From Lama glama (lineage: Eukaryota): DNA of 64,000 nt. The position numbers and the translations under genes are program-made. The notes beneath the pieces are model-generated. The model ran no database searches. It was not told the DNA's origin and saw only the letters and a program-made list of their open reading frames with translations. This document shows, piece after piece, positions 1 through 14,149 of this stretch; the first letter of the stretch is position 1; each line of letters starts with the position of its first letter. The stretch covers positions 47,060,001 through 47,124,000 of the forward strand of contig CM052818.1 in NCBI GenBank assembly GCA_028534125.1. Reading direction: 5' to 3'.

Positions 1-2954
1 ACCCTCAGTGCCTCCTTCCGCCTGACCCCCTCCCGGCTCTCCTGGCCTGACAGCAGCAGATGGGGCGATCCTTCCCCTCCAGCCCCTCCTTGCTCCTTCT
101 CTCCCCAGGGAAGAGGCAGCACATGCCAGCCATTTCTATGACTTCTTTCTATTTGAAGAGCCTCCATCTTCCCCACACTGTGTGATGCTGACTTGCTGGC
201 CTCTGTCTTGCTTCTCCCTTGAACTGGCTACAGCCAAGGGGGAGATGTTGGACCTACGGAGAAGCTGGGGTAGCACGGAGGAGGCCCACCCATCAGAAGA
301 GGCAGCAGGCAGCTCTGAGCTTCAGGCCCCAGTGTCCTGGAGCATCCCAGGGTGGGGGGCCCTGACTGCTGCCTCCTCTCATGTTCTCAGGGACAGAAGG
401 ACGCAGAGACCTTCAGCCTTCAGTCTTGCTATTTGCTTTCCTGTTAATGCTCCTGGGCAGGAAGTCAGGATGCGGTGACCCCGAAGTCGCATGCTCACCT
501 GAGTCACGAGACTGCACATTTGCTAAGGGTGGGTGGGGTCTGATGGCTCAGGTGGGTAGCAAGTGTCCCGCCTGGACTCCTGGGCACCTCAGAGGTTGAG
601 AGAGGGAACGAACCTGAGTTCCAGGGTGACGTGGGGAGAAGTGCACTGAGATTGGAAGTCCGATCCCAAATAAGGCTGTCCTGGGACAAGTTCAGGCAGC
701 TGGAGTTGATAATACGGGATTAGAGAGCCCAGGGGATGCAGGGTCTGGGCGGGTGGTCTGGGGTTGTCCCCGAGGCAGGGTGGGAGAGGAGGGCAGGGGG
801 GACACCTGAGTCAGGCGACAAGCCACATCTGGTGTTCCTGCGGCCTGCTGTGTAGACAGGCCAGCCCGGTTCCCCTTAAGACTAATACAAAGAGAACATT
901 CTTTCTGACTCTGTCTGGAAGATGTGCCCCCAACTGAGAGCGGTGCCACCCCCTTCCCTTTGACATGGATGATGACTTTCCAAGGTTGCCTCCGCTGCTC
1001 CCGAGTGGCAGTGTTTACAAGGAAAAATCAACGAGTCACTTCAGCTGCAGTATTTATACCCACCCATAAAACCGCACGTGGAAGCCACAAACAGAGTTAT
1101 TTGTGATTTTTTGAAAATTTGGCCCTTAAAGGGCATTAGCGGGAACATTGTGCCATTAGCACAGATTGTTTTTAAAACACTTGAAAAGATCCAAATTCTG
1201 CTGGATTTGGGGGCCAAGTAGATTGGAAATTGTGTGTTGAATCCCAGGATCTCATTCAGGGTAGTCGCGTGCGTGAGAACAGAGAGCCGCGTAGCTCCGG
1301 CCTCTGTTGTGCAGGGCGGTGGTCCGACCCTGGACACATCTCTGTCAGCGCATCCGGCCGTCCCTGGGCCCCAGAAGTTCACCTGCAGACCCCTCCTGGG
1401 GGCTTCTTTCTGGCTTGAGTGCCTCATGGGGCCTTCAAGGAGCCATCACAGGTCCGTGTCTCAGACACAGGGCTCTGTGTGTCTGTGTCCCCGTCACTGC
1501 CCAGAGGAGGAAGTCCCAGCTCCGTCCCCTCTGCCCTCTCTGCAAATGCCAAGCCCCAGGTCTACCAGACCTCCTGGGTTGCCTCCAACACCGTGGCGTC
1601 GGTTGCCCGTGTCTGGAATGTTCTCGCAGAGTGCGATGGCCCCAGTCCCCCGGGGCCTTATCTCTGTGACAGGCCCCAAGCCGGCCAGTCAGAATCCCGC
1701 CTGCGAACTGCAAAAGTGGTCGGAGCCTAGCTTGCCGGCGCCTGGAGCAGAGCCGGCCAGGGGCTGGGCCGTATGAACCGCTGCCCCGGCTCCAGCCCTC
1801 CTGGGACCTGATCTTCGGTTTTCCTTCTGCTCTGGGACATATCTCTGTGGCTCCTTTCTTCTTGATAATTGTGTGAAGTTATTCAGAGCTTATCACGTGC
1901 TTTGCTGAGGACTTCAACGTACACCATTTTGCTTCAAAACCTCCTATTACATCCGTATCACAGACGAGGAAACAGTCTCAGAAAGTCTGCAAAACCCCCT
2001 TAAGCAAACACAGCCGGTGGTTTAATCGCCACGTAGCGCCTGGAGTAATTTCAATCACGTGGCTGTCAGTTTCTACAGCTTGTGGCATCAAGGTTAAGTT
2101 CATACCAGCCCTGTGATGTCCTTCGTGGCTGGGCCGTGCTGAGTACACCGTTCCCTCCCCTGGACTCCGACAGAACGGCTTCATCCTTATCCCGCATCAC
2201 TGGTTGGTTTACTTCTGGCTTCTCTGAAAGTCTATGACCTTGCCAGCAATGGGCCCTGAGTGATGGGTGTCCGTCACCGGAAACAAAGCAGGAATTCAGT
2301 GGGTGTCTGTGGAATGGATGGGTGACTCCCTCCCACCTGGGGTGAAGGGACAGGAGAGAGGGATGAGCAGGCGGGGACAGCACAGAACACCATCTGTATG
2401 TTTCCACATATGACAGGGCAGGTACATCGGCTGAGGAATGAGAGTTGTTTTGAGTTAAACTCTAGTAAGATCAAATCACTTGATTTGAATCATTTCATTA
2501 AGCGAACTTAGGAAATACGTGTTGGTGATCTTACCAAGTGTCAGTAGATACTGGGGCACAGGGAGGCCAGAGAGAGGGGGACCTCTGGACACAGGGGGTC
2601 CACCATCTGCACGTATCAGTGTAGGTCGATGTCCACGAGGGCCAGGGAGGTCCTCTGGAGTGGAGAGGAGCAGGGGCTGCTTCTAATGGGAGCCCCTGCA
2701 GTCTCCTCTGAGAAGTGGCATCAAAGGTCAAGTTCAGCAGGAAAGGGGCGGAAGGCCCCACGGGGTGAGGAGCTGGGAGGGTGCACGGAGAGGGTCACGC
2801 ATGCTGGGGAACGAAAGCGGGGAGGGCATGAGACAGTCACTGCACGTGGAAAGGTAGTGGACTCTGACTTTGCTCGAGGGGACAGTGCAGAAGTTTTTAT
2901 TCGTTTCTCCAATTATTCACGCTGTTTTTATGTCTTCAAGGCTGGCTGCAGTTT

Positions 2955-3140
2955 GTGGCGATGGCTTTAAAATGGTGGCTGTAGATTCACCAGGTTCCTT
3001 TTTTAAATGCAGGTCCCTAAACGTCCCCTACAGAAGCTGCAATTCAGCAGGCCCGGGGCAGAGCTGAGGAATCTAGTTCTAGCAAGCATCACAGGTGATT
3101 CTTCCCATCTGATTCGTAAACACTTTCCGAGTCTCTGCCG
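2955..3140. mobile_element. MER5-like hAT-Charlie MITE, degraded
   Basis: Resembles the MER5A/B core (gattcaccagg...aaatgcag...gaggaatctagttctagcaagcatcacaggtgattct). Confidence 0.6.
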
Positions 3141-3627
3141 GTTTAGGAAAAGATGGGAAGGAACTTCCGTTCATTTGATCGGATCGTGGTTGTGGGGAGA
3201 GGCCAGTGCTGGGAGGTTGGGACCCCGGGGGTTTAAGTATTTTGCACAGAAAGGACTCAGGGTGCCTCCTTGCGGCCGGGACGTCTTTCTGCTATAAAAT
3301 GCTTAGGGTCTTGCAGGCACATCGTGGAAGCGGGAGTTTCCGCTGGGCACGGCGGTGGGAGGAGCCCCCTGGAGGAGGAGCCGGCGCTGCAGCAGGGTCA
3401 CAGCCCGGGAGGGCGCCAGGCTTTCCCCTGGTTATGCGGGTCGCAAGCTTTGTCGGCGGACACATCTGATGCTCTTTCTGGTTCTGAGCGGTCATTTCCC
3501 CTCTTAGGCCCAGACCTTCGGTAAAGTCTGTTCCACACGACAGCGCTGGGTTCGAAGTGTTCTGGCGCGTTAAAGCCCTGATCCGCGTCTGCCTCTAGAG
3601 CAGAGTATAAAGATGTAGCTGAGATGG

Positions 3628-4055
3628 TATGTTGTTTCCTGGGGCTGCCTTTACAAGCACCCCAACATAGGTGGCTTAAAGCAACAGAAATTTATTCTTT
3701 TATGATTCTGGAGATGAGACCTGAAATCAAGGTGTTGATGGGGTCACGCTCCCGCTGAAACCTGTAGGAAGACCCCGCCCTGCCTCTTCCAGCCTCTGGT
3801 GTGACCATTAATGCTGCATTAGCATCATTCCAGCCTCTGCCTCTGTCCTCACATGGCACTTCCCCGGTGTGTCTGGGTCCGAATTTCCCTCTTCTTTTAA
3901 GGGCACCTGTCATGTGGGATTAAGGTCCACACTGATGACCTCATTTCAACTTGAATCATCTGCAAAAACCCTCTTTCCAAGTAAGGTTGCATTCGCAAGT
4001 GCCAGGGGTTAGGACTTGCCGGGTCTCTTTTGGGGAACACAGTGCAGCCTGTAAT
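3628..4055 (-). mobile_element. MLT1 (MaLR) solo LTR, MLT1B/C-like
   Basis: Contains the motifs ggtggcttaaagcaacagaaatttattc, ctgaaatcaaggtgttg, gacctcatttcaacttgaatcatctgcaaaaaccctctttccaagtaagg and gggttaggactt. Confidence 0.85.
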
Positions 4056-4528
4056 AGATGGTCAGACATCACAGTGGGTCCCCTTCCATCTCTCGCCCTC
4101 TCTCAGAATCTTCAGCAATATTTTGGAATTACTGGAAGAAATAACAGCAGTTGGGGAGCCTGACGCTTGCATTATTTTATCAGGCTTTTACAAGACAAGG
4201 TGACCCCGCATGAACTTGGGCTCACTCTGGTTACACACGTGTCATGAGTGGTTAGTGCTCACCCCTGTTTGTCAAATGTATGACCCGACTTCGCTTGTAC
4301 CACGGCCAACTCTGCGTCACCATCCCAGGATTCAAGTCTGGCTTGCGTCGGGCCAAGCTGAGCTCTCCAGGCAGAGAGATGCTTAATAAAAGCTTTCAAT
4401 GTTCAGACAATTAAATGAAATATCTGTGGGGCTCTTAGATTTTCAGACAGAAAGATTGCCATGCAAAGTTTCACCAAAGGTTGAAAAATAATAAGACACT
4501 TGCTTACATCGTCCCCTTGCTGGGAGTG

Positions 4529-5028
4529 NNNNNNNNNNNNNNNNNNNNNNNNNNNNNNNNNNNNNNNNNNNNNNNNNNNNNNNNNNNNNNNNNNNNNNNN
4601 NNNNNNNNNNNNNNNNNNNNNNNNNNNNNNNNNNNNNNNNNNNNNNNNNNNNNNNNNNNNNNNNNNNNNNNNNNNNNNNNNNNNNNNNNNNNNNNNNNNN
4701 NNNNNNNNNNNNNNNNNNNNNNNNNNNNNNNNNNNNNNNNNNNNNNNNNNNNNNNNNNNNNNNNNNNNNNNNNNNNNNNNNNNNNNNNNNNNNNNNNNNN
4801 NNNNNNNNNNNNNNNNNNNNNNNNNNNNNNNNNNNNNNNNNNNNNNNNNNNNNNNNNNNNNNNNNNNNNNNNNNNNNNNNNNNNNNNNNNNNNNNNNNNN
4901 NNNNNNNNNNNNNNNNNNNNNNNNNNNNNNNNNNNNNNNNNNNNNNNNNNNNNNNNNNNNNNNNNNNNNNNNNNNNNNNNNNNNNNNNNNNNNNNNNNNN
5001 NNNNNNNNNNNNNNNNNNNNNNNNNNNN
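4529..5028. other. Assembly gap, exactly 500 N
   Basis: Run of N. Its length is identical to the second gap, so it is a placeholder size. Confidence 0.99.
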
Positions 5029-6679
5029 AGAATTCCATAGCTCAATTAGATGTTCTGATTGTGCAAACAATCCTTCATGTCTTGTTAAACTTCTCCTTTT
5101 CCAATTATGAAGCTTTTCTGTACTGAGATTAGCAGGGGTATTAAGGGTACAACAGATAAAAGATTCATCTGAGCTAGAAAGAAAATTATAACTTAAGAGG
5201 GTTCAAAACTAAATGAGAACTTCCTAAAATCCCGTAGTGCATCCAAACGTTATCAAAAAAAAAAAAAAATGGCCAGCGTGGAAATTAACTGCTGGACTCA
5301 GAGGAAAGAAAAGTTATTATTCTTTGCCTTTCTTCCCTGAGATACCGAATACTTCTTACTTGACGGAAATTTGCTTTGTGCCTATGGAAATATACATCAC
5401 GCATATTAATCACTTACACAATGCACTATCTGCAAAATCGTTTTTAGGATACAGAAGGTTTACTCCTTATGGGCTGCGTTTTGGGGAATGGGAAGCAAAT
5501 ACCATTGGAAGTTTTTAACTTTTCTGGCAAATCAAATTTAATACCATAAGTTTTATAAGAACATCGTTTTTCTGATTCATTTTCAAGTCTTTCTGTTCAG
5601 CTTTACCTGGGCTATATCCAGAACAGAGAGCCGTGCAGTCATTCTGTACTGAGTCTTCTCTATTTCCGGGGCTGATGGTAAAGACTCCGGATGTGTTAAC
5701 ACACACCGAATGGCATTTGGTAGAGTTTGTTTACTGCGTGAATGAATGAACCCTTATCTTGATAAGACATTTGGTATTGGTCATGTTTGTCTGTTTCCCT
5801 TCCCATTCCTGCTCTCAGTGTCCGATGCATCCCTGCCTGTGCTGGGACAGTGACATTGACCGCTCGCTGCCCTCCCCTTCTCGGAGCTCCCCCCGGCCCC
5901 CCCCACCACCCCACCGAGCTCAGCTCAGAGCTCAGCCTGTGTCCTGCTGCCTTGATGGCCAGTCTGGCATGAACGCCAGGCCTTCCTGGGTGGCTCTCTT
6001 GAACTTTCTTCTGGGCATCTTCCCAGGTTTTGTGCAGCTCTGAGGTTGCATCTTTCAGGAAGCGTTCCCTGAGCCTAGGCTCCCCTGAAGAGCACTTTGC
6101 ACAAGATCCTGTCACCTGCTCCTTGCCTGTCACCTGAACTGGAAAGTCTAAGGGCAGCAGCTGGGTGATGTCCACCCTGCTCCTCTGCCCTGTATCTGAC
6201 ACCGACTGGCTGCTCGACGACGTGTGTGTGCTCCTCGTCTAAGTGATAACTGAATATAGTTGGGGGTCCCCAGAAGAGACACAGACTCTTCTTTGAAGAT
6301 GAGATGTACCTTCACTGAAAAGCTAAAAATCAGTGTGACCCTAAGAGTCCTGGACTGACAGGGCTGTGTTGACGTTGCTTGGGACAAAGTTCATCACACT
6401 CTGATTCCCACGTTGGAATGGGGTTGCGCCTTGTTGAGCAGAAGGAGAAATCTTAGGTGGACCAGTGGGCAGCAGTTTGACAGATTCTGTCATCTAAACT
6501 CAGGCCAATGTGGTGACTTACTGAAAGTGATCATGGGTGAGATATCACTTTATCTCAGAAAAGGGACCTAGGAAGCAGTGTCCTGGACACCTTACACATT
6601 AGCGCATCTCTTTCTGAAGGGGTTCAGTTACTCGCAGTGTATCGTGAAGGACTTTAGGATAATGATCCAGAGAACTTCG

Positions 6680-6885
6680 GAGTCATACAGCCTGCATACC
6701 AATCTCATCCCATTTATTAGCTGTAAATTCTAGGAAAGGGACTAATTTCTGTGCCTCTAAGTTTTCTCATGTGTCAAATGGGATTTAAAGAAGCATCATG
6801 AAGTTGTAGTGAAGGTAAGATGAGATAATATATGTGAACATTTAGCACAGTGCTAAGTGCACCATGAAGGTTCCGTTAGTACCTT
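6680..6885 (+). mobile_element. MIR SINE fragment
   Basis: MIR core: tctgtgcctctaagttttctcatgtgtcaaatggga...gatgagataatatatgtgaacatttagcacagtgc. Confidence 0.75.
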
Positions 6886-6905
6886 ATTTAAAACAGAGAA
6901 ACGAG

Positions 6906-6948
6906 ACAATCTAAACACCCACTGACAGATAAATGGAAGTTATGGTAC

Positions 6949-7005
<57 letters not shown>

Positions 7006-7503
7006 CACACCACGGAATACTACTCAGCCATAAAAGAATGAAATGATGCTTTTTTGCAGCAACATGGATGGACCTAGGAATATCATACTAAGTGAAATAA
7101 ATTAGACAAAGATAAATACCAAATATCATATTACATCACTTGCATGTGGAATAAAAAAAATGATACAAATGAACTTATTTACAAAAGAGAAACAGACTCA
7201 CAGACATAGAAAACAAACTTACGGTTACCAAAGGGGAAAGAGGGGAGGGATACATTTGGAATTTGGGATTAGCAGATACATGCTACTATGTATATAAAAT
7301 AGATAACAAAGACCTACTGAGGAGCGCAGGGAGCTATGTTCAATGTCTTGTAATAACCTGTCATGAAAAAGAGTCTGAAAAAGAAAATGCACATGTATCT
7401 GTATAACTGATCACTTTGCTATGCACCTGAATCATTGTAAATCAACTATATTTCAATTAAAAAATAATAAAAAAGGAATACCAAAAGTAAATAAATAAAG
7501 GAC
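6906..7503 (+). mobile_element. 5'-truncated cetartiodactyl-type L1 (3' UTR) with target-site duplication
   Basis: L1 3' motifs (tactcagccataaaagaatgaaa, gcaacatggatggacctag, gatacaaatgaacttatttacaaaa) and an A-rich tail. A 13-bp TSD acagagaaacgag lies at 6893-6905 and 7504-7516, and the left copy is preceded by a tttaaa endonuclease-like site. Confidence 0.92.
6956..7001 (+). repeat. (TG)23 microsatellite inside L1
   Basis: Perfect dinucleotide run. Confidence 0.97.
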
Positions 7504-9074
7504 ACAGAGAAACGAGGTTTGAAGGATTTAAATCCCTGGCTAAGGGACTTAGCTAGGAAAGAGTGACTTACTAGCTAATCAGGGAGCTGGGGACGACCCT
7601 GAATCTAGATTTGTCTGTTTTACAAGAATAAGACTTTTCCAGCCCCACTGGATGGTCTCCCTAGAAACCCACTGCTCTGTGTGCCGCTGACATTGGCACT
7701 GTGAGCCTTTTGGACCCTGTGTTTCCCTGTGATGGTTTTGAGGATTTCACCTTCAGCCGCGGACTGCTCATCCTTCCTCTTGTCGGTTACTCGACATTTC
7801 CATGGAAATCTGAACTATACATCGTTCCTAAATTTTTAGTTTTCAAAGAACATTCCCGGACCCGGCTGCAAAATCCCATAAATTAAACTGAAATCAGTCC
7901 CATTTATGATGGGGTTGTTAAAAAGCTGTAAGTGCTATGAATTTATGACTCTGTGCTCACATTCAGCTGTTCCCTGCTCCTGTTTCTAGGTCTTTCTATC
8001 CTGTGTGGGATAAAATTTATCTTTGTGGGTGAGACCATTTATAAATCTTTTATGCAACCCAAGTGCAATCTTAAATGTTTGCAAGCATGGAGAACTGGGC
8101 CCATGAGAAATCTGCTCCATTTCATGGATCATGGCTCTTGTGTAACCAGCAAGCCAACAAAAAATTCTCTCAAACCTAAACACTGAACTTAGTAACCAGC
8201 TCCTGGCCCTCACTGGGGAGGAAGCACCTTGTGATGAAGCCAAACTTTGACTCTGTGGATGTCCCAGACGTCACAGACGTCTAGCTGAGTTCAGTGAGAA
8301 AGGAACAGTTTCTCTGCATGAGAATTTTGTGTTCCTTTTTGCACTAATCAGCAGGAAGAGCAAGGCCAGCACAGAGCATCTGGTTGCCCTTTCCTCGTTA
8401 TCTTCTGGAATCTTGACCCTGAACTTGTGTGTCACAGAGGTCAAAGTGTCAAAGAAGATGCTGGTATCTGGAGAAGCCTTGAGAAAAAAAAAAACAGTTA
8501 TGAAAATGAAAGCATATGTTTATCTTTTGCCAAGGGACAGCTGGAGGCTGGTGCCGACCACGACCGGGTGACTTCATGAGCTCTGTGATGACAGGGCGAG
8601 GCATCACGGCCTGACGAGAAACTGGGACTCGAACCCGCTTGAAGGATGTGACCACATTAAAAGGGAGGAGAGAATGTGATGGCGTATCATTAAAAGCGAA
8701 TAATGAGATAGATGCTAACAGGCTCAAATATTTTGTGTTGACTTTGTGCTTTGGAGCATGAGGCTCTCCACTTTGCTGGGTTGTCAGTAGGATATCATTT
8801 AAAAAATTAATCCAGGCAACAGAATCACCTGCAGGAACTTCAATAAAAAAAAAATACACACGTATAGGACCCCGTCCCAGATCTGGATCAGAGTTCCCGC
8901 AGCCACAGCACACGTCCTCTGTTTCCACTGAGATCTGTGGATTGATTTCTAAGAACGAGGGCATAGTTTGATGTCCCCCTTTCTCTGTACCCTTTTGCAA
9001 ATGTGCTGAATCACTTTGGGCTTGCTCTTTATAGGAGTGAGTTCTAAGAAAGTTGTGATTTTAGAGATTCTCAC

Positions 9075-9190
9075 CTGCCTTTTAGAAATTGAGAACTGAA
9101 ACTCAGAGAAGTTGACCACTTGCCCTAAGGTTGCACAGCATGTTGGGGGCTGAGTCAGGACATGAACTCTGGACCTTTCACTAGTCCTGT
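9075..9190 (-). mobile_element. MIR fragment
   Basis: gagaactgaaactcagagaagttgaccacttgccctaaggttgcacagc matches the MIR core. Confidence 0.65.
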
Positions 9191-10154
9191 GAGTCCCTCT
9201 CTGAGCTCTGAAACCCCTCAAGGTGCCACAGTGACCCCACACAGGCTCTGTAGGATATTTAAAATGTTCAGTTTTCTAAAGAAAGATAATGATGCTCTGT
9301 GTCTGTCAGACAGTGTGTGAACTAGTGGCCTGAGAGAGTTCAGTTTCCACTTGGGGTCATGCCACGTTCCTTTTAGTGACACATCCTTGCCGACAAGCTG
9401 GGTTTTGAAGGTTGCTAAGAATAAAAGCAACTATTGCCTGAAAATCAGTAGGAAACAGGGCATGAGGGTGGTCATGACCACTCTGAGTCCCAGGACTGAG
9501 ATGCTGTGCGGAACCCAACGGGTGCACACACCCACTAGTAAGCTGCTATTTTAGAATGAAAAACAAATGTTATTTTTTTCTTTCAATTCGCGTATTATTT
9601 TTTTAAATGGCTACTTACTTCCTAGGACATAAATGCTTATCACATAGTTACTTAGTAAGCGGAACTATTCTGTATTTCTTCTGGCACATGGACACTGAAA
9701 AATTACTGAGACACTAAGGGCCACATGAATGAGGAAAGTTAAAGACGAGGTCATACGGCCTGCCCGTAATCACACACTGAATTTTGATCTGGACGTTCCA
9801 AAGCTTTGGTATCCTGGGTTTCAAAAGAAAACTTGGCATCTTCTCTTCTTTTGCTGTCGACGGTTTTGCCGTTTATTCCAGACTCCTTGCTTCCAGAAGA
9901 ATCTTTTTAGGAAAGAGTTTCAATGATGGTAGTTTTGGTTTCAGCAGCAAAACTGTAGGTTTCTCTGACATGAGGTTATAGTCAGAGCTGTCTTATGGGC
10001 GGAGTCGGGGGCTGATGATTTGAATAGACACGGAGCAGTTCATTCATCCAAAATATCAACCCTGCTGGACGTCATTCTAATATCATAACCCCATTCCTAT
10101 GGGTTCTGCAGAAAGTAGCGGCTTCTAGAAACCCGCATCGGAATGCAGGTGTTT

Positions 10155-10685
10155 CCCTTTGTCAAAACTGAGCTGTCCATGTATCTGCGGGTCTCTTTCT
10201 GCATCCTCTGTCTTTTTCCACTGATCTCTTTGGATAATAGGTTAATGTGACACTGTTTCGGTTACTTTAGCCTTACCAGTCTTGAAACTAGGTAGTGTTA
10301 ATCCTCCAAATATGTTCTTTTCCTGTTGTTTTGACTATTTTAGGCCTTCTTTGGTTTCCATATGAATTTTAAAACCAACCTGTACATTTCTAAAAGTCAT
10401 TGCCCATTGGACTTTCAGTAGCATTGAACTGACTTAAACAACCGACACTTCTCAGTATTAGAGCCTCTGACCTGAGAACGGTATGTATCTCTTCATTTTT
10501 CTGGATCTCCTTTAACTTCTCTCAGCATTTTTTTTTTTTAAGTTCAGAATATACGGGTCTCATATGTCTTTTGTCAGGCTTACCCTGAGCCTTTAAAATT
10601 TTTTGATGCTGGTGTAAATGGCACTTTTCACTTCACTCTCTAATTGTTCTTTACTAGTAAAGAAACAGTTGATATTTTTTAGAAA
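10155..10685 (-). mobile_element. Old L1M ORF2-region fragment
   Basis: T-rich antisense L1 motifs (ctttgtcaaaa, cttgaaactaggtagtgt, ttccatatgaattttaaaacc). Confidence 0.75.
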
Positions 10686-11029
10686 AGAAATGTGGGTATT
10701 TCTTGTTTTGACCAAACTTACTTGTTACAGAAGAGCCAGGATGGAGACTGAAATGGGAAGACGGATGCTCGTGCTGTTTATGGGGAGGTCTTCCTGGGAC
10801 GGCTGTCGTCTGCGTGAAACACCAGGGAAAATGATGACCCAGGACCCAGTGGGCGAAGAGCTCTGACTCTTGAGCTAATTCAGGTTTTGCCAAGATGATC
10901 CATTTCACTTTTTGGTCACTGTGTTTAATTGTTAAAAACCAACCCCTCCATTTGCCTAGTGTGTTACCTTTCTGGAAGTTTTTTTTTTTTCCCTTTTTGT
11001 GTTTTGCCTGATCTCTTTAGGTTCTCCCT

Positions 11030-11150
11030 ACACCCCTTGGAGGTGGGAGGTCAGAATTATGATTCCCAGTTTTCACAGATGAGGAAGCAGACGCCAAGAA
11101 GGGTGAGATGCCCTGAGCAGCTGAGCAAAGAGCAGGAGCAGGGCTCCAGG
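11030..11150 (-). mobile_element. MIR fragment
   Basis: cccagttttcacagatgaggaagcagacgcc... Confidence 0.7.
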
Positions 11151-13799
11151 CTTCCGGCTCGCGGTTCAGTGCGCGTTCCCTCCACCACGTCTTTGTCTTT
11201 ACGGGTTTAGGAACATCTGATGATGAATGTCGTCAGCGCCAGCATGAACAGTAAAGAAGCTGGAGGCCACTGTGGTTCTTCTTCGCTCAGTGTCATCGCT
11301 CAAAGCTGGTCCCCGGCTCAGGGCTCACCTTACCCCCATCACTTCAGCCGTCTTCGCCCCTGCTCACAGCCACTGCTGTTCTTCACTCATCAAATCCTGC
11401 ACTCCCAGCACCCTGGGTCTTTGCAGGTGCTTTACAGCAATCTTGAGATGTGATCATTAGCACAGAATTCAGCTCGCTGGGCCATTGTGTTTCCCTAAAA
11501 CGTGATTTCAAACCCCTTCCACGTGGTCTCCATCCATGACAAGTCAAAGGGACTTGCTGCACATCTCAGTCTGAGAACAAGGGTTCCCCTTCCAGCTCTG
11601 CAAGGCCTCTCCCCATGCGAGCACCTGGCGGGGTGACACCCAAGGGCAGACGTGTCTTGTAGGGAGATGAGTGCATTAAGGAAATGTTCTCACAACTGCG
11701 GTGCAGGGGGAACAATGAAGCCGATCCCACCGAAAGGAAGCATACAGCCCCCCACCTCCCACCCCAGGTCTCAAGTCCAATCAATCATTTGCAAGGACTG
11801 TGGTTACTGTTCAGTCTGAGCAAGGCCCGCACAGCTGGGACACTCAGGACTTTTGATCTGGCCTTTCAAGCTTGGGTGATGCCAGGAAATTACATTTAAT
11901 GGACTGAAGACTGCAGCACAGAGAACGGGAAGGGATTGTTATGAAAACAATAGAGACCATTTCACCACCCCTCCTGCCCCACACCTGCTGTCTCTGTGGG
12001 GTCTGCGAGGCTCCGGTCCGGGAGGGGAGCCTGCGACCGGCCAGATCCCCAGGGACGCGCAGCCCGGCCTGATCTGCATGTGCTCAGAGACCTCCCGCAG
12101 AGCTCCAGCGCACACGCACCGGGTCAGGTGGCCCGACTCGTGCCCCTGCGTCATCCGCAGGGGGCCGGGCATCTCCACACAGGAAGCCACGCACCTGCAC
12201 TTCTCCTCAGTGAAAACATCTAATCTGGGGAAAGTGTTCCGCCAGCCTTGTTAGAGTTCAGTCGATTAACTTCATGCCCATGGCCACATCCCAGCCTTGA
12301 GCGCTGCGGGCGTGTAAATAACCCGGACATGATCCCGCCACACCAGCTGCACCTCTTCACCAGAGGACCGGAGGGGTCATTTCAGTAAAAGAGGAGGCAG
12401 GGAGAGGCGTCCCACGCTCGCTGGACCCCACACCTGTCAGATGGGCCTGAAGAAGCGTTTCCTTCCTTCCTCTCATTCTTCCCATTGGAACCGGGCGGCG
12501 GGTGGACTTTCCACATGACTTACAGCGTTGGGAGCAGGTGCAGAAACAGAAGAGCATCGAAAACAGCTGACTTGGCTGGAGAGATGAGAAATTCTTGCCC
12601 ACTTCCTATTTCCATACGATTGTGTGTCATCAGGGACTGACACGTTTTCAGGGTGAAACCCTCCTCGTGATGGAGGGACTGGTATGAAGTCGTCCCACAT
12701 CCTCGGGATGATGGCACTGATTGACGCAGGGGCGGTCTGTTAATTCTGTGGAAGGGATTCTAGCGCCCACTGCATGTGATGGGAAGTTGTCCTTAGACAG
12801 AGAGGAAGCAAGTATTGATAGCAGCTCTTAACATTCAGGTGGGAACGCTGAGTCTTAGAGGGTCACAAAGCCGTTCAGTGAAAGGTAGATTTGGAGCTGA
12901 AAGGCAATACATTAATAATTGGCCCAGAAGCTAGATTATGTGGCCGAGGTCTTCAGCTGACACTGGAAGTGAGAGGGGGTCTAAGAAGAAGAAACCGTTT
13001 TTTATATGAGATGTTGATATATATATTTTTTTTTTGCCTAGAAGAGACAAGAGTAGAAACAGTCAAGAAAAGCCAGAGCCTTTGAGGCAATTTTTATCTT
13101 GGTGTTTTAGTTTTAAGGAGCTAATTCCGACGGCCTGTTTTCAAGTATCTTCTATGGTTATTTAAATCTTTAAAATGAAGGAGTGCTTGATTTTTCTCTT
13201 AGCCTCCTAATTTACCCTTCTTTACAAAATCATTTGGCAAGTAGCTAAGAGTAAGGAAGCCACGAATCTACTCCCTCGTCAGTTTTCTGTTGAAGGTCTC
13301 TTTTCCTTTCGTGAGCCGGGCTGGACCCGCCCAGGGCAGGTGCCTCGCGAACCTTTACTGTTCGCCGGTGCTGTTTTAGGGCACGGGGAAAACGGGGTGG
13401 GGCCTTTCCCCTTCATCATGTTCTAGTGGCTAACACTGGACAGAAACCCAAAAGCCACATTACAAAGGCACTGTCGTAGGTACTGAAGTGCCTCGGTAGC
13501 GCGGGAGGCACATGGCTCTGTCTGCAGAACCAGCATGAAAGTGACCCTGGTATGAAGAAAACACTGGACTGGCGAGCTCTGCCATTTCCTCTTCCTGGGC
13601 GCCAGTTTCAGCTTCTGCATCTGCTAAGGCAAACGCCCTAAGTCCCAGGGGCTCAGCACGGCAAAGGGGTCCTGCTTGTGTCGAGGCAGACTGGGGGGAG
13701 GCGGTTTGTTGCTCGTTGGACTCCCACATGCTCTTTCAAAGATCAAGGATCTTTCCGCACTATAACCCTGTCCCTTGTCTTTGAGTTGGTGGATGAAAC

Positions 13800-13990
13800 A
13801 AGAGCTGAAGATTACGTGGGAACTGCTTTCTGACAGGCACGTATCGTGTCTGTTTATATTTCCCTGGCCGGCACTCAGTTACACGGCCACACCTAATTGC
13901 ACGCGAGGCTGGTAACTGCGTTCTCGTTTTGTGCCAAGAAGAAGACAAAACAGATTTGATGGACAACTTGTTAGTTCTCACTCCACCTTT
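13800..13990 (-). mobile_element. Old MLT1 (J/K-like) LTR fragment
   Basis: ggccggcactcagttacacggccacacctaattgcacgcgaggctgg resembles the MLT1J/K core. Confidence 0.55.
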
Positions 13991-14149
13991 AGAGAGGCTG
14001 ACCTCTTAAGTTGCCTTTTGGGTCTAAATTCAACCACTGCCACACTAAGATCCCTGCCCTTCATGAACTGTGTCCTTGTGTGTAAGTTGATCCACGTATG
14101 TCGCCCCAAAGACGAAATACATTCGTAACGATACAAAAGATGGCCAGTA

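Noticed and set aside
1234..1776. 180-aa ORF and overlapping ORFs in the GC-rich left end
   Set aside because: Pro/Ser/Arg-rich with no recognisable domain; ORFs in several frames are expected in GC-rich DNA.
2534..2695. Minus-strand segment ending in TTG|GTAAGA
   Set aside because: Weak acceptor and an unrecognisable peptide; isolated donor-like motifs occur by chance.
4403..5126. About 200-aa ORFs
   Set aside because: Artefacts of translating the N gap.
9750..9970. Protein-like minus-strand reading (VRETYSFAAETKTTIIETLS*KDSSGSKESGINGK...)
   Set aside because: In-frame stops, no clear splice sites and no recognised parent gene, so a pseudogene call cannot be supported without a search.
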